Assembly: GCA_010405405.1 (NCBI GenBank) | Contig: MU004231.1 | Span: 3,646,884-3,710,883 of the forward strand | Reading direction: 5' to 3' | Length of the DNA stretch: 64,000 nt | Origin: Microthyrium microscopicum | Lineage: Eukaryota | Part shown: one piece after another, positions 56,030 through 64,000 of the stretch | Layout of the letters: the number at the start of each line of letters is the position of its first letter | How positions within the stretch are numbered: position 1 is the stretch's first letter | Notes under the pieces: generated by a model | Databases searched by the model: none | What the model saw: only the letters and a program-made list of their open reading frames with translations | What the model was told of the DNA's origin: nothing | Translations under genes and position numbers: made by a program

Positions 56030-58016
56030 TTACTCTGTAGCAGACTGTACATCGCTCTCCAAATCAGACAGCGTCTTGGACCTCCTCTTAGCGTCAATAA
56101 ACAACATAAACTCTCCATACGTTCTCGGCATGACTCGTACATCCCCGTCGACTTCGAAAGAATAGTTGAAAGTGCCCGTCGGTTTCCTCTCGCCATGTTC
56201 AACGTTGCGAACATACGAGTCAACTCGTACTATGACGCGCGTCTTTTGTGCTTCCTTCCCGCCTGCTGTCGCACCGGAGCCATCGTTGTCAGATAGTCCG
56301 CCTTCTACTTCGGGATCAGTGTACACGACTGTTGCTCCAAGGTATAGCACGCTGCCGACTGGGACGGGTGTTTCAAAGGTCGATGGGTCGAGAGAGACGA
56401 AGCGTGGGCGAGCGTGGGCGAAACTGGCTGCACAGCAGAATGCAAGCTCGTAGCTTGCTCGTAGGAGAAAACCACCGAAGATCATGAAATGATGTCGATT
56501 TCGGTATTGCGGTTGCATGATGGCGGCGGAGTGTAGTTTGGTCGCTTCCATCCATGTGACGTTGGACGGCTTAGTATGAGTTGATGTTGTCTCTGGTACT
56601 AGCTGTCAGTCTCACGCTTGTAATCGCAAACATGATGAGGCATGGGATGTGGACTGCTGGAGTAAGGCGTTTGCACAAGCCTACTCCGATCCATCGCGAT
56701 ACCTGCCAGTGATCTCCATGTAGGAAACCAGCTCATAATCATATAGGCCTCAACAACGAATTTCGTGCAGCGAGTATGTTGAAGCCGGAAATATGCTTTC
56801 CTCAAGAAAAAAGGCAGTCAGGGTAGTAGATCGGAGCACGCTATGTTTTGTCTGCCGGCGAAAAGTCATCTCGGATTTATGGAGAGCACTTACCGTGCCA
56901 TTGAACTTGTTTTTGCCATAGAGAATGAATTGTTTTGCCTTCATCAGCATCTGGTGTATACTTTCGTAGCGTTTTGCTTCTTAGCTCTTTTCTCTTTTTC
57001 GAGTTACGTTCTGCTTCATCAAAGATCTTCTTTTCTTCTGCAGTCTCTATCTTGAGAGGATTTATAGCTGTGGGCCTATGAAGAAGTATGAGCAACTGCT
57101 GACGAATGCCAAAAACCATCACTGTGACGCTTACTTTCTTGTCTCTGGATTCAGCGAAACCATTGTACAACTGCAGCTCAACAAGATGGCGCCGCTTTTC
57201 TGACCATTTGTAGCTGCAGCGGCAACCTGTAAACCTATTTCCATGCTAGACTTGCCAACATGTGTCACTTGACCACTTAGTTCGAGGTCGCAGACTTCCT
57301 TCAAAGGGTGGGTTATTGATATTCGATCAAAGGATGCAGTGACTGTTGTGACGCCTTCTCCAGTATGCTTGTATGCAATCACTCCAGACAAGGCATCGAG
57401 ATCCATGAACAGCGCACCGAGTCTACGTATAGAGAGTTAGCTTCACGCTCAGTAAATCTTTTGACTTGATGAGGTTTGCGACACAGATTCGAGCCATCAC
57501 TCCACCTAAGCCTGATAATGGGCGGTCATAAACCCTTAGGGGTTCAACAACAACACTTGCAAGAAGTAATTCCCATTCTGAAGAAATGGACAGTAAAGTT
57601 TATGAGCCAGAAGATATTTCACTAAGGCATAGCGGTTCCACACCAACAGCTCAATCCGTGTAATACGAGACCAAATCCGCTTACCTCACATTGCCCTCAG
57701 AATTCAAATACCCATCCGCTAAAAATTTATCCTGAGCAAGCGGTAACACCACCTTAGTAAAACTATCACTCATAGTTTTCGGTGTGAGTGTCGTCTCCTT
57801 GACCGGACCCGTTGCTGAGGCTGTCGCGCCTGCTCCATGCTCTTTCTCTTTGCTTTGCCGTTCCCGCAAAGCATCAATCCAGGGAGTGGGAACTCGCATG
57901 GCAGTGAGTTCTTTAAACACGCCATCTGTCTGGCGTATCGTCGATGTGCTGAAAGGCCGAGCATGCGCGGACTTGAGACGTTGACCAAGCCGAAGAGCGC
58001 GCTGTCTGGTTGCCAT
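56030..58016 (-). CDS. Double-hotdog acyl-CoA thioesterase (ACOT9-like) with mitochondrial presequence; exons 58016-57685, 57422-57135, 57075-56894, 56598-56030
   Basis: GNVR|LGALFMDLDALSGVIAYKH, VTASFDRI, LSGQVTHVGKSSMEI, MQPQYRNRHHFMIFGGFLLR.SYELA and F..PVPVGSVL. The N-terminus is Arg-rich with no acidic residues (ARPFSTS). Introns 262, 59, 295 nt. Confidence 0.9.
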
Positions 58017-58506
58017 GCTGGGTATGTCCTAGCTCTTGTTCGGCCCTTTCTATTGGAATAAAAAAGAGTTTTATGAAATTGTTCGGATGCTGTTCTTTGA
58101 TTGTCGATAGAATGGTGCTTGAGGGCAGATGGAATTGAGTTTGCCCCATCAAGTACTGCGCAGCCCCCAGTGAATTATCGAAAGAAAATAGTCAATGAAA
58201 CTTCACGAGAGAGTCCTGACATGGCATAAGGAAGTCCTGAATTTTCTAGGATATTAACAGATGGTTGTTTTCAGCTAACGCGCGCCTCGAGGTGATACGC
58301 GATATCAAGCGCTATATAAACTTGTTACTGCATCAGAATACATGGAGTGTATGATAGCATAAAATGGAGCAGAACAGCCCTCTAATTGTTCTAATATATA
58401 CATTCTGATGTATTGGACTGCGCCGAGAACCAGCAGCAAGTCAGGTTGTTATACAATATGTCACAGATTGAAAGAGAAATTGGGTATAAAACTCAAAGTC
58501 AACATC

Positions 58507-60540
58507 CTACACTCGACACCAGACAATAACATCGCCCTTGCGCCTTGAATCGTCATGCCAATGAGTATTGAAAGTTCTCCAACACTCTTGATATCCTTCC
58601 TTAGCCCAGACATTCTTGATGTTAGGTTCCAAATGCTCGAAAAACACTAGATATTCTGGTCGGGGCGATTTGTGTCCAAATATGTCAATTGATTTTGACA
58701 TCGTCTTCGAGTTCTTCATGTTGTCGCGCATCCAGGCTTCTGGGTCTTCGTAGAACTGATCTGCCTCGTCGAGGTATTGTTCTCGATGACTGAACGGAAC
58801 ATCGATGGGCGGCTCACATGTGAGCGCCCACGCTTCTATCTGCTGGTGTATAAGGTGGCTTCGCCATGGTGTGCTGTGGCATGGCATAAGAAATGCAACG
58901 CTTGTGACAACCTTAGGTCCATGGCTTTGCAGTCGACTTTCATGCTGCTCTCGCAAATAGTGCGTAACATCTACGACTCCACGTTGATGAACCTGTGTAA
59001 GGTAGATCGTGATGACCACATTCGCCAGAAGGAGCAACAAAACCCCCAGCCGTTTCAGTGTTTTGCGGGATTTTGTAAATTGCGCGGCTGGATAGGCGGC
59101 AATTATTTGAAGGGCTGGAAGAAGTGGGTATAAGAAACGAACTTCCTTATGAGCTATCAAACTCAAGCTAGTGACGACGAAGCCAACAGTCCATTTGAGA
59201 ACGCTGAGAATAGTAGCCGTCTCATCTACATGATTTGTAGTGGAGGCGGTAATTTTGTTGCGAGCAACAGATTGAAATATTCCCAGACCAGCAAAGGGTA
59301 GGCTTGTCGTCAACAACAAGGGTAATCCCTCGGTGAGATAGTAATCCCACCGGTTTCTGCCGTAGAATACGGCAAGATCCTGAGCCACATTGAAATATAA
59401 AAATCTGAAAAGAGGGAATGTCCAGAATCCATAATACCAACGATCAGAAATGGCAGAAATTGCCAAAATAATAGATCTAGAGGTCGTTAGCTAGATCATG
59501 ACATATGAAATTAACGCCGCAGACTATCGTCAAGCATTGTAGATATATGAGAAAGATAGGGCATATGTCAAGAATATTTGCGGATCCGAAGTTGTACGTA
59601 CCCACAAAGCAGAGCTTCCCTGGCTAAGATAACACGTACATGAGTTGGGGAGTTGTACAGTGCTATTAGAGCCAGAGGTATCCAAATTAGAATATTGGTA
59701 GGTCTTAGTATCGTCGCAAGAGCGGCCAATAAGAGCGAGAGCCTCAGCCTAAAATACCTTAGAAAGTAAAAAAGCTCATGATATATCTATAACTTACTCT
59801 GATATTGACACTGATTTGTTTAATGAGTCTTCATACTTCGGCGTTCGGACGTTATTCCGATTTGACAAGGATATCAAATTCCAAGGCCAAAGACTCAGGG
59901 CCAGTGCTGTCAAAGAAGTCTCGATCGAGTTGGAAAATGTTCGAACAGAGCAAAAAAATTGCCAGGGACTGACAAGGGACAGGATAAGCTAGGAAAAGAA
60001 TCTCATCAGTATCTCATGCACATATTGACAGATTTGGTAACGTGCATACAGTGGTCCAAGCTGAGCGACTTTCTATACCGTAAACTCGTTGGGCGCATTT
60101 CCAGGTGAAAAAATCTGTGCATGTAGCAAAGAATGCTTGAGCGACTTTTGGTCCAGCCAGCAGGATCTGGGAGCGAGAGGCGATACTGGAGGCAGGGAGA
60201 AAAGAGACAGCCCGATATATGGAACCAAACAGCAAGGGATGGAGAGATGTTCTCAGCTGATGGCGCCACTCCTGATTACAAGTCATATTAGCTCAAGTCA
60301 ATATAAGAGTACACAATGGAAAAGTCTATTAATTACCCAAGTGATCCAGGCCCGACTCTGGTCCCCAAATGCAAGCTGCCAGGCGGGCTCTAGGGATTGG
60401 TAGTACTCGTCAGGTTGGAAAAAAGTTGAGATGAGCAATGCATTGGCGACACGTAGTGCAAGCAGCAAGCCAAACAGACCAACAGAAGAACTCGACGATG
60501 CAGCGATGCGTGGTGGTTTGGTGGCTGTGGTAGTTGACAT
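58507..60540 (-). CDS. GPI10: GPI mannosyltransferase III (GT22, Gpi10/PIG-B); exons 60540-60337, 60271-60050, 59988-59798, 59748-59602, 59476-58507
   Basis: [81 protein letters not shown] and [13 protein letters not shown]. Introns 65, 61, 49, 125 nt. Confidence 0.93.
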
Positions 60541-63500
60541 GGCGATTGTCAACCACGACACACGCTGAACTCCAAACGAAGTCAACAATGGTAAGGGCTG
60601 ATTGAAGAAACGGGTCGGGCCATTGGCGTCGCGATTTGCTGGTCCAATAACAAAGATCGGGGAGGCGGGCTCGGCGGACTAGAGCAAGGTTTCCGGCAGG
60701 GAGATGACTTGAAGTTGGAGAGACGAAAGTGCAGGCTGGTCCGAGCTGGCGTCAACGTCTCTAGTGAATCGATTGAGTCGATTTGAGTAGTAGGGTAATC
60801 AAGCTTTAGCTTCTGATCAAAGCGACCAACAAGCACAAACGAAGTACGGTAAGCCTGGGCCAAAGTCTGGATTGTCAAAGAAGGGTAGAGCCGGCATTGA
60901 AAGATGCAGCCAGCCAGTTAAAAGACAAGTCATGAGGGCCTACGAGGGGCAAGCCCGCAGAACAGGAGTCAAAACACCACTCCAGAGCACCGAATAACGG
61001 ATCGTATTATCCTCTTTGGGTTAGTCGCTGGATTCTGCAATCTCTGAGACCTCTATCGGCGAATTGAAGCTCGTTTCTCGTCGGTTCCCTGCGCCAAAGC
61101 CATCCTGCACCAGGCCAGCTGGTCAGCTCGAGCGTGCAAAGTTGCAAACTGAGAAATTTTCAGTTTCCGACTTTGCCGCCCCACTGACACTGTGCGTGGC
61201 ATTGAAAAATCCAACACCAAGGGAGAAAACCGCAACTATCGTGAGCTTTTTGGCTCCATTCGTTCATGTGCATCATTAGGCATACCTTAAACCACCAAAG
61301 CCTATGAGATGGGAAGGATTCATGTTGAGTTGCGAGGCATTGGCAGATTAAGCAGATGCTGCAAAAAAGGCACTAAGGAATACGAGTCGCTTGGTAACTT
61401 ACAGCCGTTATGTAACATTTGAATATCGAGCTCTAACAGCTGATTAAGGTGGGCTGGGAGCGGACATGCGGCATGTGCTCGCTCAACACGCGATCTGTGC
61501 TCAGCCATCGAGGGTGGTGGGATGGATGGCTCGATATTCCTCAATAATATGGAATATCCTTGGCTAACAAGCCAAACCACCTGGTCTGCATTCTCCACTA
61601 TCTGGCCATCAAGAGAACCTATTTGTCTGCCTCTAGGATCGTGAGTGTGCGCCGCTCTCTTGGAAGGTAGCCTCCAAGCCAATCTAGCCGCTTATCTGTC
61701 GTACACTCCATCCAGTCCTCTAGCAACAATTTGGACCAAACAGATATTACTGAATCACTGCTAGCATGTCACTACCAATTTACTTTACACATGCTCCAAC
61801 ACTTGCCGCATGCGCCTTTACAAAAAAATCAGCAAAAGAGAATCTCACCCGAGGGAGCGGTTCACCCCGGCATCGAGCTGAACAATGCTATACCTGCACG
61901 ATATATATTGCCACTTGTCAACGGGTTGGGGACGGTTTGTTGTCTCCCCCTGTCACTGAATATCTGGGGAGTGGTGCAAGGTACCAGTAGTCCTGCCGAT
62001 GGCAAGAAATGTCATGATATCAACAGAACACATTGTCTCAATTGCGGATACGATAGCACAATCTGAGGTGGTCACTGGGTGGATAACATGCTCACTTCTC
62101 CGTACTCAAGCTGTCATCTTATGCCGCTTAACTAATAGGACGATGGTATTTCGATTTAAGTCTGACGCATTGCATCTTCAACCGTTATATACGAGTTGAC
62201 CTGACTTTGAATTCTGTCGGCCAGGTCGGGCTGTGTCGTCTGCAGGATAGACGGAAGGCAAAAAGCAAACAAAACCTGGGGTCTGAACCTCTTTCGAACT
62301 GGATGGCAGTCCATTCAGATTGCTTGCAACCCCAGCACACAGGGTTGTTCTCACTTGAAGCGCAAAAGCCGGTGCTAAACCCAGTGCTGTCTTGACTGGC
62401 TCGAATCGACTAGGGGCTGTTGATCTGTCGATAGTTGCTTGATCGAATCGATTGCGGGACAGTTTTGCGTAAATCATAACCACGTTGACATCCTTGACAG
62501 TTTATGAATTAGGTAGATCTTAAGAGGAGTCGCGAGGGTATACAAATTTGTGATGACCAAGAGTTTTCCAGGCAGTTATGGTTTTCCTCTACGTGTAGTA
62601 TGGTAGATGATGGCAAAATCGAGTTTGATACACGTACAAGAACATGATATCAAGACAAAAAGGCTTCTAGAAGGCTAAAATATGTACAAATCGAGCCTCT
62701 TGATCTTTGACCATGTCATCTCTAGATTATCCGGCTGGCAACAATGCAAGATGGTTTTGCTGTTGCGCGTTAGTAAGACATGGAACTTGATATTCACGTA
62801 TCTCTGCGATGGTGTGAAGCTAAGCCATCGACAAACTTTCATACCCCAGGATCTACAGCTTCATCCGCATCTTGATGCGCACATACTTGTATAGGTTATC
62901 GGACCGAATGGTTTCTTCCCGTCTAATTTGGATAGCAAGCCATATTAACTCCGGGTATATCTGTGCACCGAGAGGTGGCTATAGCTTTGTCGATGATTTT
63001 GATCTGCTATAATTCATGAGCCAATCTGGTGCCAAACACCTATCAAGCACTCAAATATTTAGAGTTCAGACTCACTGGCCAGTGTCTTAGAGACACGATC
63101 TCATGTAGTGTTAAGAATGGCGACTTAGAGTCTTGGACCATCTTGTGCTAATCCTAGCATCCTGCACGCCACCCAGTTAGTGATGCTGATCAAGTGAGTC
63201 TAGCAATTACCACTCTTACTCCTCCGTACTTCCGTAGCAGTATATGCAATGAATAATAAGATTTGAGTAGCAGATTGTAATACTGTACTTGGTCAAGATC
63301 TCCGAGACAACCTTCACTTTGACATCGATCGCAGTCAGAATAAGTACGGTAGTAGCGCTGACAACCCTGAAAACCGGGGATGGTACTACCGTATGTACAG
63401 CAAGAGGTTCTGATTGTGGAGTAAAGTTTGGCTTGGGCAATCATCATGGATCCATACAGGTAACGGCATGAACACTTTGCAAATTGACGCTAACGTGCTG

Positions 63501-64000
63501 CACGTCCCTTTACTAGCGCAAAGCAGGGGTCATTAGAGCTAAAAGCTGCTAAGGCCGTTTCTTTTCAAGTAATCTATCTGCAAAGTTGAGTCAGCAGCGG
63601 CCAGCCTCAATTCCATACCGGCTGGGTAAGATAATCCACTTAATGTCTTCCAAAGTTCCAATTGACTGAGCGACAACTCCATCCCAAGTTCCCAACTACT
63701 CACCGTTTCCACCAAAACCCCTCCAACCCTCTCTCCTCCACAATCCGCTCTCGTCTTCTTTCACAAGTCAGAATCTATATTCCTCTCTTCAACGCCCTCA
63801 GTACGCAAGGCTGATCCTGTTCAGCTACAGCCGTACTCTACCTGTTCTTCTCGCCCAGTCTTCGTCTCCATCGACCATACCCTACTGGGAGAGCCGCCCA
63901 ATCTCTCCTACTTGAACACGTCCTTCTAAAATACTGTCGCTGTGCTATTCCCCAATCCTAGAGAATAGACGAATCCCTGATCTGCTTAAGCGGGTCTTTC

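Noticed and set aside
60582..64000. Short ORFs at the right end, including a Thr/Val-rich stretch at 63289-63471
   Set aside because: I could not build a coherent spliced gene or recognise a family.

Overview
Eukaryotic window from a filamentous ascomycete (Pezizomycotina-type introns: GTAAGT/GTATGT donors, CTAAC/CTGAC branch points, mostly 47-65 nt). It alternates between AT-rich blocks degraded by repeat-induced point mutation (RIP) and ~50% GC gene islands. The RIP blocks are an unresolved repeat mosaic at 1-~15.56 kb (with an N gap), a full-length Ty3/gypsy LTR element at 30284-39839 (152-bp LTRs, AGAGC TSD) and a PIF/Harbinger-family DNA transposon at 49723-53046 (39-bp TIRs, ACT TSD). 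Ten spliced genes were reconstructed by hand: SNF1, an MFS hexose transporter, a membrane protein of unknown function, SKI8/REC14-like WD40, MRPL32, septin CDC10, GUK1, an FlbA/Sst2-like RGS, a double-hotdog acyl-CoA thioesterase and GPI10. Three signals stand out. (1) Several long introns in unrelated genes fold into nested hairpins whose imperfect pairs are G-U in the transcribed sense. (2) SNF1 and the RGS gene each have about 165 open in-frame codons right after their stop codon, suggesting readthrough, editing or alternative splicing. (3) An orphan spliced transcript with a hairpin intron and only a tiny or interrupted ORF lies at ~41.5-42.1 kb. All exon coordinates were read by eye; no searches or folding programs were run.
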